A stretch of DNA of 63,897 bases, filler included, from Barthelona sp. PAP020 (taxonomy: Eukaryota): NCBI GenBank assembly GCA_040182905.1. It is 4 parts of 4 records of this genome, joined end to end, with 100 filler letters (N's around TTAATTAATTAA, not from the genome) between each part and the next. Parts side by side here need not be neighbours in the genome. Positions count along the whole stretch, not along the records: positions 32,217 to 48,124 come from JARQWU010000269.1; positions 48,225 to 63,897 come from JARQWU010000275.1; 2 more parts are not named here. One strand, given 5' to 3'. The position numbers and the translations under genes were made by a program. The notes beneath the pieces are model-generated. The model was not told the origin of the DNA. It did not search any database and saw only the letters and a program-made list of their open reading frames with translations. The stretch's first letter is position 1. Every line of letters begins with the position of its first letter. This document shows positions 43,101 to 52,042 of this stretch, one piece after another.

Positions 43101-44041
43101 TCTTTTAAAGTTTTCATATCATCCCTTAAAGTCACAAGTTCAGTTTCTAATTCAGTACGCTCTTTTTTAACATCATGAAGAGTTGATTTGGCATCTTCTA
43201 GCTTTTTCTTAAGACTAGCATTTTGTTGCTCAAAAATTTTACTTTGACGCATAAATTCATCCTTTTCCAACGTCAATGTTTCTTGTTTTTCACTTAATTC
43301 ATTCAACTTTGCTTGCATAACTTCAGTTAATTTTGCAGTATTATTTAATTTCTCTTCATGTGTTGTTCTCAATTCAACTAATTGTTTTTCATATTCGTTT
43401 GCTTGTTCTTGTGCAGCTTTTGCTGAAGATTCAGCATTAGATAATTGAAACATAGCTTTTTCCAGTTGTTTTGTAGCAGCTTGAACTTTACTACTCATAT
43501 CTTCCAAATCTCGTTCTAACTCTACAAATTCTTCAGCAGGCTTCAAAGTCAACATACTTTCTCTCAAGTGTTCCAATTCATTCCCCAATTTCAATATCAT
43601 ATCAGAATGCAAAACTGATAAATTATCAATAACTTCTTCAGTAACACGATGATTGGTATCAAGAAAATTAACCAATTCATCACGAGTTTCAACCATTTGA
43701 GGAGTTTCAACTTGTGTGGTCAAAAACTCTTCTAATTCTTCATAATGAAAATCAGAATCATCGTTTAAATTATTAAAAAATTTGAACAAACTTTCTAATA
43801 AACCTTCCCTATCCAAAGCTAATTTTTCATAATCATCAATCAAATCATAAACTTGATTTGCTTCTTGTAAATTCCATTCATTTTGATCTTTATTATAATT
43901 AAATACAGTTTCAAATTTAGCTACAGCCTCATAAACACGATCATTAATTTTTTGCAATTGATCAGTCTTTTTTCGATTGGCTTGTGTATTTTGGACAAAT
44001 TTCCCACCTTGTACTACAAAATCATTGGTGGTTTCATTCAT
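40106..44041 (-). CDS. Large coiled-coil/low-complexity protein, function unknown
   Basis: 1311-aa ORF with a long heptad region (about aa 150-330) and an N/S-rich C-terminus. Confidence 0.8.
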   Translation of the reverse strand: MNETTNDFVVQGGKFVQNTQANRKKTDQLQKINDRVYEAVAKFETVFNYNKDQNEWNLQEANQVYDLIDDYEKLALDREGLLESLFKFFNNLNDDSDFHYEELEEFLTTQVETPQMVETRDELVNFLDTNHRVTEEVIDNLSVLHSDMILKLGNELEHLRESMLTLKPAEEFVELERDLEDMSSKVQAATKQLEKAMFQLSNAESSAKAAQEQANEYEKQLVELRTTHEEKLNNTAKLTEVMQAKLNELSEKQETLTLEKDEFMRQSKIFEQQNASLKKKLEDAKSTLHDVKKERTELETELVTLRDDMKTLKENSSLNETAHKELNMLKNVQNGLKICLPVYFEQLMGLPDRLKGEGLLVLEKVLIRANNGYSPPSELKFDEFQKNLDSNTKELLLNSFASLETTTNMLDPDLAVIAKAILNIKDSFSDGGLVRIIEERFIRVQNLLETVPDSNEVINAGKEKSVEKFTQTEAINIENINIFADDDQIDSSSFSKRIPSKTNLQMTYSKPQTPKTPKLVVDMDLSKFKQPPSNLSPAIEGILHDYLFMFKNHFKNDGIVDLIEPSIRSYVYTYLNSLPLDPLEWKEKIGFEDLSGICLLLANQLSEVNNNSKAEEEVVQTEINRITAEIIDGLVDAGIDVPIELQRPIFIENTNDLDDLMDDLNDLRKTIAFSLDKAPSTPINIQLKKNVENIPLDDDHDIINDSKYGSRHSSRHSSRNSMNKTDQEIEKNNLPLPSLDHTSIVSAGQHSNLNGKTISKPIDNYNESDNDDDKETKNMNKGNSNDNVQVNVEIPSVTKSKANRPNSTEETSLNKTDRRNSKLDDPESVWDNSVIDPTELLGIKRSNNPHQNNNGLNETFEQKEHIIEHVPFDLNDYIDTDDFSITLSNSPKKIRESILQTHMKQDQEYNENYHLVLEEEIRLQEQLQDLSDAIRQCPVPEVDDVDITVNIRGLVDPEKIEQIKDPMTRTLYRMRNRTVEASNRWKIKKKEILKERLRNLTNVMAAAKTLSGGEKYQHNNQHTGMLTTISMNKHVYSPKKTKDERIIPPIPLTAPDDLIRPPALASKPLLRTPFEPEDYDEISFGGTSKEIQNMLGTGIIPVSRLPLTAREYKHSSSSEKSVFTVSKIPLSARENTTHDSTRSFMNNSNQPQSQSLGKRSKKYSQNNSQSMKMNSMSTASNKEKKSKRELDLWNGNISLNIFSPIQQKAVPLPVMNVLNNRNQYELPNSEKLYSLNNMLENSGKTFQNYSNFEKNNENSLNKKAKFHKPKTQAELKRDIRIHQNRFHLGSNSQLDDKFKGDQQLFIDPIVR

Positions 44042-44188
44042 CTATTTCCCTTTTTTTTTAAAAAAAAACTCTTTTGTATTTTTCATTTCCCTTTACTGAT
44101 TTTTCATTTTTCACTTTTATTAACTTTGTTATTTTGCATCAGAATAAAAAAAAACAACTAAAACAATTAAAAAAAAATGATTGAAAAT

Positions 44189-45037
44189 TTACCTAAAACG
44201 AACATCGTTTATTCCATGAATTCTATTTTTCATCGAATTATTTGAAGCCCAACTTAAATTATAATACTCTTCATCAGCATTTTCAACCATCTTTTTCCTT
44301 TCTTCTTCTTTCTTATGATAAAATGCCATTAATCTTCTTTGATCGTTTTCAGAAATTGCTTGCTCTCTAACTGGAGGACCACTTTCCACAGATGAAATTT
44401 TAACCACAATCTTACTTCTTTCATTCTTTCCAGAATATTGAGAAATTTCTGTTTCTCTGTCCATACGTCGACCAGCAAACCATAATAAAGCAGTTTCAGG
44501 ATTATGAGACCTTTCAGAAGGTTGGGTAACATCCCACTCATGGGTTTCAAATATTGAAACAACTGGCTCCTCTTTTGGCAAACCTTCAGGCCAGACAATC
44601 ATAGTAACTCCTTTTAATGTATTTATCGTTTCCTGTGCCCCTTCAATATCAACAGGAATTCGTTGGTTAACTTTATTAACAGCGAAATATTCTTTTGCTT
44701 CTGAAATTGCTTTCTTGATAATTTCAGCTTTTTGAAAAACTGGTGCTCTTCCATCACGTTTACCAGTTGGATCAGGATTATACAAAAATCTGGTATCTCT
44801 TTTTAAAGCTTCAATCTGCTGAGCATCCAAAGTGATTTCATCTATTCCTTGTTGATTGGGTGGTCTTAAAAAACCATAATTTGCCAAGCCTTCCAATTGA
44901 TCACAAATAACATTGATTTCAATGCGCATATTATATAATTTGGTGATTTCTTCGATAACTTCACCAGTTATTGATGAAATAGTTGTTTGGAATATAAATA
45001 AATCTTCGTTTTGTTCTTTAACATGTAACAATACCAT
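44189..45037 (-). CDS. CFAP298: Cilia- and flagella-associated protein 298 (C21orf59)
   Basis: MVLLHVK, DPTGKRDGRAP, KGVTMIVWPEGLP, LWFAGRRM, YSGKNERSKIVVKI, GPPVRE, MAFYHKKEEE, YYNLSWA. Confidence 0.9.
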   Translation of the reverse strand: MVLLHVKEQNEDLFIFQTTISSITGEVIEEITKLYNMRIEINVICDQLEGLANYGFLRPPNQQGIDEITLDAQQIEALKRDTRFLYNPDPTGKRDGRAPVFQKAEIIKKAISEAKEYFAVNKVNQRIPVDIEGAQETINTLKGVTMIVWPEGLPKEEPVVSIFETHEWDVTQPSERSHNPETALLWFAGRRMDRETEISQYSGKNERSKIVVKISSVESGPPVREQAISENDQRRLMAFYHKKEEERKKMVENADEEYYNLSWASNNSMKNRIHGINDVRFR

Positions 45038-45260
45038 TCTTTAAAAAGAAAATGAAAAAAATGATTTTTTTTGTTTTTTTATCATTTTTAGTCTTTGAAA
45101 AATTGTTGTTTGTTTGATTGATTAAGGCAAATTAAACAAAAAAAATTTGCAACCAGGTTTTCACACAACTTCCTTTTTCTACAAATTGTTAATTTACAGG
45201 TCAGAGTTAATATTGGTATAAAATGATATCATCTATCCTTTTTTTAATTCATAATTGTGT

Positions 45261-46577
45261 ATGAAATTCTGTTTATTATTTATTCTGATTCTTTCTTTTG
45301 CTTTGTTCTCAAATGCCTCATCTGGAATGTGTGATGACTCAGCAATACTCGAAACAGAAGACTATCCTGGTAACGATGTTTCACCAAATTACATTCTAGC
45401 AAGAATATGTCCTCAGTGTCTTTTAACACAAGAAATCTTGGTAACTACCCCTGATATTGCTCCTTTAGATCTTTTTACCCTTCAAGATAATTCACTTTCT
45501 TTTGAATCAGTTGAAACTGTTGTAAAACAAATTGCAAAAGATGTCGTCGCCAATTTAACTGAAGATAGTCCCGATATGGCCTTTGGTTACGCAGGTTTTA
45601 ATGATAAACCTTTTCAAGGTTTTGGTGGTGCACATTCTGAAGAATATGTTGGAATTTGCAATTTGACAACCGATTCAAATCAATGGGACAATTGCATTGA
45701 TTCATTATCGATCAATCTTGATGGAGGTGATCTTTTGGAATCCCAATTATCAGCGATGTTTCATCTTGCTAAAAATGCTGAAAGTTTTGGATACAGAACA
45801 AATTCTCGCAGATTTATGATATTAGTCACAGATTCCGGATTCAACGAACCACCAAATGTTGAAACTAGTGAATACATTGATTATCCAAATAATTTGGACA
45901 ATGTCATTGATATCAGTGAAGATTATCCTTATCGTAGTGATGTAGGTGCCGCTTTGCAGAATGCAGGCATAACTCCAATTTTCCTTGTCAGACCAGGGAC
46001 ACCTAACTGGTCTGACACAGTGTATAAACCTTTGATTCAACAATGGGGATTTGGATATGTTTATAATGTCACTGAAACATCCACAAGTCAAGAAGTTCTG
46101 GATTTGATATATCCAATTTTAAATCCGAATGCAAATAAAATGGTTACATTTGAGCTATCACCTGTAATGCAATATTTCTTCTCTATTTCCCCTCCTTTTT
46201 ACACCAATGTAGGTTATGATGAAACAGTTTCATTTGAACTAACATTTAATCCCTTGAAATGTTTTTGCAATGATGAAACCGTGAATATTTTTTGGAAATG
46301 GAATGGAATGACAATTAATTCCACTCAAGTTGATATGACACCTTGCGATTTTTGTTACTTTAAATATTGCAAGCCAAAACCAAAGCCAAAACCAAAGCCT
46401 ACTTGCTGTTCAATGATGTGTACTCCTTGTGTTCCTTGTTGTAAGTGCGGTAATTGCGAATCACATAATCATCATCATCACTCTCATTCATGCTCCCAAT
46501 GTGAACACAATTCACATCATCATCATCATGATGGTTACAATTATCCAGAATATTCTGAAGATGATACTTGCGAATGA
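45261..46577 (+). CDS. Secreted integrin-beta-like vWA (beta-I) domain protein with a KP linker and Cys/His-rich tail
   Basis: Signal peptide; PLDLFTLQDNSLS (MIDAS DxSxS), FGYAGFNDKP, GGDLLESQLSAM, FGYRTNSRRFMILVTDSGF, EDYP, GITPIFLV; no transmembrane helix. Confidence 0.8.
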   Translation: MKFCLLFILILSFALFSNASSGMCDDSAILETEDYPGNDVSPNYILARICPQCLLTQEILVTTPDIAPLDLFTLQDNSLSFESVETVVKQIAKDVVANLTEDSPDMAFGYAGFNDKPFQGFGGAHSEEYVGICNLTTDSNQWDNCIDSLSINLDGGDLLESQLSAMFHLAKNAESFGYRTNSRRFMILVTDSGFNEPPNVETSEYIDYPNNLDNVIDISEDYPYRSDVGAALQNAGITPIFLVRPGTPNWSDTVYKPLIQQWGFGYVYNVTETSTSQEVLDLIYPILNPNANKMVTFELSPVMQYFFSISPPFYTNVGYDETVSFELTFNPLKCFCNDETVNIFWKWNGMTINSTQVDMTPCDFCYFKYCKPKPKPKPKPTCCSMMCTPCVPCCKCGNCESHNHHHHSHSCSQCEHNSHHHHHDGYNYPEYSEDDTCE

Positions 46578-46854
46578 AAATTAACAATTTAAACTAATCT
46601 TTTTTATTTCGATAAATATTCAACTCCTTTGTTGTTTAGTGTAAAAAATGAAATAGCTTTTTTTTTTTTTTTTTCAAAAATTGGAAAGATTTTCAAAAAT
46701 AAAACGAACGTTTTTACCAATATAAATTTGAAAATGTCAAACAACAAAAAAAAAAACAATGCAAATAAAATGGAGCAATAATTCAATTGTACCCAAAACA
46801 CATCATTACAGACCTGTAATTACAAAGAAAAGGAAGAAAAAAAGAAAAAAATAT

Positions 46855-47610
46855 CTACTCCAAATCCCATCGTTTGATCCATTCAATATGATTCTCAAGT
46901 GTTTCTCTGAAAGAATCATCCTCGATTTGTTTCTTGGCAAATTTAAACAATCCTACCAGATTGTCTTTACCGTATTCATCAATACAAATTTCAGAAAAAT
47001 GACTAATTGGAGACAAATCAGTTCTTTTTTCAGCTTTAACTTCAGCTTTTCTACTGGCAATATCAATCAACAGTTTTTTAATAAATACAAAGCCTGCAGT
47101 ACCAACAATTGGCTTTTTATAAAGAATTCTCACAATAAGACTCCATAACACAGAAATAGGCAATGGAAATGAACTCTTATCAGGTTTATTTTTCCGTTTA
47201 ACGATTGTCAATTGAATAAATAGACTAGCAATACTTCCCATTGAATATACATCATTATGTTGATCAAATTGAGTGTCATCATCAACAAATATTATTTGAT
47301 TAATGGTTTCATCAAACATAAAAAAACCAGGAATATACAGTTCACAATATTTTTTTAAAAATTCCAAAGCAAATTCCTCTCTTTTTTCACAAAAAAAATG
47401 TATAACTCTTGCAATTCTATTAGCAGCACCAGTTCGATTAAAATATCGCTTGTAAGCTTGAAAAAAATAATTGATCAAATCATTTGTGGTTAAACTATCC
47501 ATTTCATTCTCTTGAAATATTCTTTCTAATTTCATAAAAACATCTTCACCGCTGGCTATTTGTATCATAAATTGAAACTTCTTCTCCAAAATAGCTTTTG
47601 TTGGTACCAT
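46855..47610 (-). CDS. Helical protein, possibly a divergent GLE1-like C-terminal domain
   Basis: IARVIHFF...LKKYCELYIPG...YSMGSIASLFIQL...PISVLWSLIVRILYKKP loosely follows the order of GLE1 motifs; recognition is weak. Confidence 0.45.
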   Translation of the reverse strand: MVPTKAILEKKFQFMIQIASGEDVFMKLERIFQENEMDSLTTNDLINYFFQAYKRYFNRTGAANRIARVIHFFCEKREEFALEFLKKYCELYIPGFFMFDETINQIIFVDDDTQFDQHNDVYSMGSIASLFIQLTIVKRKNKPDKSSFPLPISVLWSLIVRILYKKPIVGTAGFVFIKKLLIDIASRKAEVKAEKRTDLSPISHFSEICIDEYGKDNLVGLFKFAKKQIEDDSFRETLENHIEWIKRWDLE

Positions 47611-48124
47611 TTTTATGGAAAAAACGTTTAGGAAAAAAAAGTGTTTCCTTCTCTTTTAAGTCTTTTTTGAAAAAGTAAATTATTTCTTTAAAAGAAAGAT
47701 TGTCAATAGGTAATTCTTATTTTGTTTCTTATTTTGCTTATCATCTCAAAAATATGACAACCGACAAACAAGTGGTTTTTATGAGCATAGTAAATTATTC
47801 AAATGACGAAATAAGCAATAAAACCATCTGATTATCAAAAAACAATGATTTTGTTTGAAAGAAATCAATAAAACATGTTCGAATTCAGTTTTGAGGGGAA
47901 AATTTACATGTTTCAACAATTTAAATAACTATAAAAAAGCTTTTGGAAATTTATGAAAACAATTTATTCACTTTTTTTGAAAAAACAAAGGTCTTTTGAC
48001 AAGAATTTTTTTAATCAAGACTAATTTTATGAGAACTAAATGTTTCTTCATAGAATTTTCCACGGGGAACAGAAACCTGAGGGCTCACAACACAATCTTT
48101 CAACACACAATCAGAATTTCCTTC

Positions 48125-48224
48125 NNNNNNNNNNNNNNNNNNNNNNNNNNNNNNNNNNNNNNNNNNNNTTAATTAATTAANNNNNNNNNNNNNNNNNNNN
48201 NNNNNNNNNNNNNNNNNNNNNNNN
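48125..48224. other. Artificial contig linker (N44-TTAATTAATTAA-N44)
   Basis: Same structure as the other two linkers. Confidence 0.97.
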
Positions 48225-48483
48225 GTTTCCAAAGAAACCAGCAGTTTTATCAACAATTACTATTCTCATGCGGATGAAGTTATTGCTTAACCTTCAACAA
48301 ACAAAGTGTGCTTCCAAAATAAACGTCTTTCTCCTTTTTCTTTTTTTTTTTTTTCATCATCAGCATTCTTAAATTATTCAAATTATAACCACCTCTTTTT
48401 GAACATTTGAAAGTTTCTCAAATAAAGGAAAAATGGAAAAAAAAAAAAAAGTTAAATGTTTACAAAGAGAACTGAGGGTGCAA

Positions 48484-51354
48484 TTACGACAAACCCAACA
48501 CATTGGATGATATTAATTTGAAAATCTCCAAATCTTGACTATTGACAGTATCCATGTCAAGAATTTTCTTAGGCTTATGACCTCTATTACCAAAATCACT
48601 GCTAATTATTGTTTTAACTTTGTTAGGAAGTTTTGGTTTGGGTGAAGGTTTTTTTGGAGAGACAAATACCTTAGATTGTACTTTAGATGGGGTTTCAATA
48701 TTTGTATTCAAAACAAAATCTTTTGAATTTTCTTTGCTAGCTCTTTTAACAGTGGTACGAGGAGTACTGTGTCTTTGTTTTTTCTTCTTTTCAAGTCTTT
48801 GATTAATCTCTTCTATTCTCTTCAAACGATCCTCTTTTTCTTTCTCAATTTCTTCTTGTCTTCTTAATTCTTCCTGACGTTTCAATTCCTCTTGTCTCTT
48901 CTTTCTTAATAAAGCTCTTTCCTTTGCTGCTTCTCTAGCTTTTGCAAGTTTTTCCTCATCATCATGTGTTTCATGTGTTGATTCTTGAGGCTTTTCTTCA
49001 TAAGTTTTTTTACGTCTGGTATTTATCATTCTGGGAGTAGTTTTCGATTCTGCAGATTTACTCTTGCTTCTAGGAGTCATTTTCTTTCGAGACATTTCAA
49101 AAGCTTTAATTCGTTCAGCTTTCTTTAATTCTTCCATTCTTTGTTTTTCTTCTTCTTCTTTCTTTGATGCTAAAAATCGTTTTGCCCGTTCTTCTGCCAA
49201 CTTTCTTGAACGATCAATAGATTTTTGATCTAATTTATGCAAAACTATTTCTTTTATCTCATCTTCCATTTCATCTTCAAGTTTATTCAAATGATCCCTT
49301 TTTTTTTTAATCTCATCAATTTTTTTTGTTGGTGAAGCTCTTTTTGGCTTTGGTTTTTTATTTTCAAGTTTTGTTTTCGTAGAAGAAACAGATATTGGAT
49401 GTCTGCCAACTGAAACACCATTAAAACGGTTTTGTCCATCATAATCTTTAATAAATTTATTGTGATGAGGTGTTGGTGGAGACATTGGCTTAGGTTGAGA
49501 AGGGGTATTGAAAACAGGTCTTGGAACCCTGGACTTATTCTGTTTAGCACTCACAAAAACTCTTTTCTTTTTATCTCCGTCAGTAGGGTCAAGTTTTTTT
49601 GATTCAGCTTCATTTTTATCTCCAGTTTTTACATATTGCTGATCCTCCTCCACATCCAACTCTGATATACTCAATTCAATCATTGGTGAATTGAAAAATG
49701 TCTCAGAATCTTCTTCTTCTTCATATTCTTCTTCTTCCTCTTCTTCTTCTTCCACATATTCTTCTTCTCTCTCATCATATTCTTCACTTTCTTCTTCTTC
49801 TTCATATTCTTCTTCATCTTGTTCTTCATCTTGTTCTTCAACCATGTCAACTGAATCCTCCTCAACTTCATCCACCACATCAATTATATCAATTTTGCTA
49901 TCTTGTTGAGAAGTTGGGCTCTTGAGCTTTACTAACATTTGGGTATTGATGAATTCTGTCGTATCAACTGGATGACTGTTTTCATGAATATACCGGCCAA
50001 TTCCATCAATTTCATTCGTAACTACATTCATTAAAAGTGTATCATATTGTTTAGCAAATATTATCGTTTTTAAATGAAGTTCAACTTCAGACTCTACTCT
50101 ACCTCGTAACGCCTCATAATTAGAGTGAATTTCCATCAAAGAATCAAGAAAACCTTCTTCTGAATTTAATGTTATCTGCAACTCTTTTTCTTGTTTTTTC
50201 AATTGTCTAATGCTCACATCAAGCGATCCTTTTTCTTCTTTAAAGACGTCTAATTCTTGTTTTACCTTCAATAACTCATTTTTCTTGTCATTTAAAGATT
50301 GTTTGGTGTCTATCATTTCTTTCATAAGTTCGGTATTCTGTTTACAAGCCATCGCATAATCCTCATACAGTTGAAATCTTTCTGCTTCTTCTTTCAAAGC
50401 ATTTTGTTGAGTTACCAAACTATCTAACAATCGTCTCAACTGTGAAAGACTGAGATTTTCTCGTTCAAAAATAGAAAGGCCCTTGGATTCAATTTTTTCA
50501 ATCAAAGCGAGTTCATCCTTCATTGAATGAAAAACTTCTTTTTTCGTTTCTTGTAATGAGTCAATTTCTACCTTGATTTCACTATTCTTTCTATCTTGCT
50601 CTTCAAATAAACTACTCAGCTGATAATTCGACGCTTTAATTTCTTCAACCTCACCAACTAACTTAATATGTTGTTCTTCAAAAGATTTTCCTTGTTTATT
50701 CATGTCTTCAAGCTTTAAAATACTTTTTTCATTGTCAGCTTGCAATTTTTCAATTCTATGGCTCAAATTAGCCTCATCATTCAAGATAGATTCAGGTACA
50801 TTTGAAGGTATTTCTTTCAAATTCTGTGCATTTTGAAATTCCATCCGCTTTTTTTCTTTATTCACCAAAGATATTTGTGATAACAACTCTTTTCTTTCAA
50901 TTTCATCTTTTGAAGAACTATCCATCATTGAAATATCTTCTTTCGTCAATATTAAACTGTTTGACATATTTTGACTATCTGTTGAAGCTTCTTTAATCGA
51001 TTCTACATCTGGTTCAGATTCAAAAATGTAGTCTGGTTCAGGTTCAGTGTCAGTTTCATCGGAATATTTATTTTCAGAAGTTTGTTTTACCTGTGTACTC
51101 TGTTGCCATTCTGTTTCAGATTTATTTGGATTCTCCAAAGTATCTGTTACTACACCACGCAATTCACATAAAAATTGAATGGAAGGTTCATAATTACTTA
51201 AAAATTTTCGGTCAATATTTGTTTTTGTCACAATATCAGAGACAACATCTCGAACTTCCAAATGTAAACTTTCTATTGGCTTTTTAGCTCGACCTAATTG
51301 AATATCAAGTATTAATGATCGTAATTTGCTAAATAGTGGAGTAATCTCATCCAT
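48484..51354 (-). CDS. Coiled-coil protein with a poly-Glu tract and a basic/ER-K-rich C-terminus, function unknown
   Basis: 956-aa ORF; EEEYEEEEE tract around 49710-49870; E/R/K helix near the C-terminus. Confidence 0.8.
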   Translation of the reverse strand: MDEITPLFSKLRSLILDIQLGRAKKPIESLHLEVRDVVSDIVTKTNIDRKFLSNYEPSIQFLCELRGVVTDTLENPNKSETEWQQSTQVKQTSENKYSDETDTEPEPDYIFESEPDVESIKEASTDSQNMSNSLILTKEDISMMDSSSKDEIERKELLSQISLVNKEKKRMEFQNAQNLKEIPSNVPESILNDEANLSHRIEKLQADNEKSILKLEDMNKQGKSFEEQHIKLVGEVEEIKASNYQLSSLFEEQDRKNSEIKVEIDSLQETKKEVFHSMKDELALIEKIESKGLSIFERENLSLSQLRRLLDSLVTQQNALKEEAERFQLYEDYAMACKQNTELMKEMIDTKQSLNDKKNELLKVKQELDVFKEEKGSLDVSIRQLKKQEKELQITLNSEEGFLDSLMEIHSNYEALRGRVESEVELHLKTIIFAKQYDTLLMNVVTNEIDGIGRYIHENSHPVDTTEFINTQMLVKLKSPTSQQDSKIDIIDVVDEVEEDSVDMVEEQDEEQDEEEYEEEEESEEYDEREEEYVEEEEEEEEEYEEEEDSETFFNSPMIELSISELDVEEDQQYVKTGDKNEAESKKLDPTDGDKKKRVFVSAKQNKSRVPRPVFNTPSQPKPMSPPTPHHNKFIKDYDGQNRFNGVSVGRHPISVSSTKTKLENKKPKPKRASPTKKIDEIKKKRDHLNKLEDEMEDEIKEIVLHKLDQKSIDRSRKLAEERAKRFLASKKEEEEKQRMEELKKAERIKAFEMSRKKMTPRSKSKSAESKTTPRMINTRRKKTYEEKPQESTHETHDDEEKLAKAREAAKERALLRKKRQEELKRQEELRRQEEIEKEKEDRLKRIEEINQRLEKKKKQRHSTPRTTVKRASKENSKDFVLNTNIETPSKVQSKVFVSPKKPSPKPKLPNKVKTIISSDFGNRGHKPKKILDMDTVNSQDLEIFKLISSNVLGLS

Positions 51355-51537
51355 TACTCAATTAAATAAAAGAATTGATTTTTTTTTCACAAATATTAAA
51401 CAATGTTTTATGTAAATTTTGAAATCATCTAATGTCTTATATGAAAGTTGAGTGATAAAGTAATTAGAAAAATAGCATAAAACAAAAAAAGCGGGTTTTT
51501 CCAATTATTTACTGTTTATTAATACAAACATTAAAAA

Positions 51538-51759
51538 ATGAGACCACACACATTTTATACAAAACTTGATATGCCAATTGAAAAGGAACGATGCGCAAAT
51601 TTATGTCCAAAATGTGACAATCTTCCAGTTGTTGTCACGCCTCCATTTTCGATGATGAATTTGGAAGAGAAACAAAAACAATTAGATTTTTTAATAGAAC
51701 AACAATGTTCAATGGCAAGATTGAAGAATTATATTTTGATTGAACAAATGAAAAAATGA
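51538..51759 (+). CDS. Small hypothetical protein (73 aa)
   Basis: ATG in an A-rich context, GC higher than the flanks, CxxxCxxC motif; no family recognised. Confidence 0.5.
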   Translation: MRPHTFYTKLDMPIEKERCANLCPKCDNLPVVVTPPFSMMNLEEKQKQLDFLIEQQCSMARLKNYILIEQMKK

Positions 51760-52042
51760 AGCAAAGATTTAAATGCTACAATTCAAATCAGTCTTTATTT
51801 TCGGTCAATAGTAACGCAATTATACATTTTTTTGTGTTTCATGTATCAAGCCCTCTTGTTTATTTTTGTTTAGTGTTTTAATATCATTTCAATTCTTTTA
51901 TAAATATTTAAATGTTTTTTTAATTAGTTATTTATCTAAAAAATATAAAAATTAAAATGATTGAAACTACAAAAAAGGTCGAGGAACATATAGTCACAAT
52001 TACAAGAATCAAAACTTTTTTTTGTTGGAAAAGAAGTTTAAA

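Noticed and set aside
16083..48224. Regular ~16-kb spacing of TTAATTAATTAA, suggesting nanochromosomes, telomeres or a periodic element
   Set aside because: Each is an identical N44-12mer-N44 artificial linker. Contig lengths descend (>=16082, 15934, 15908, >=15673), as expected for size-sorted concatenation, and no telomeric repeats are present
49680..49925. Poly-Ser, poly-Leu and poly-Lys ORFs
   Set aside because: These are shadow frames of the GAA-rich poly-Glu tract of 48484-51354
51757..51873. Possible Sec or readthrough at the TGA of the 73-aa ORF
   Set aside because: The downstream frame closes after ~37 low-complexity codons, with no redox-motif context and no recognisable SECIS
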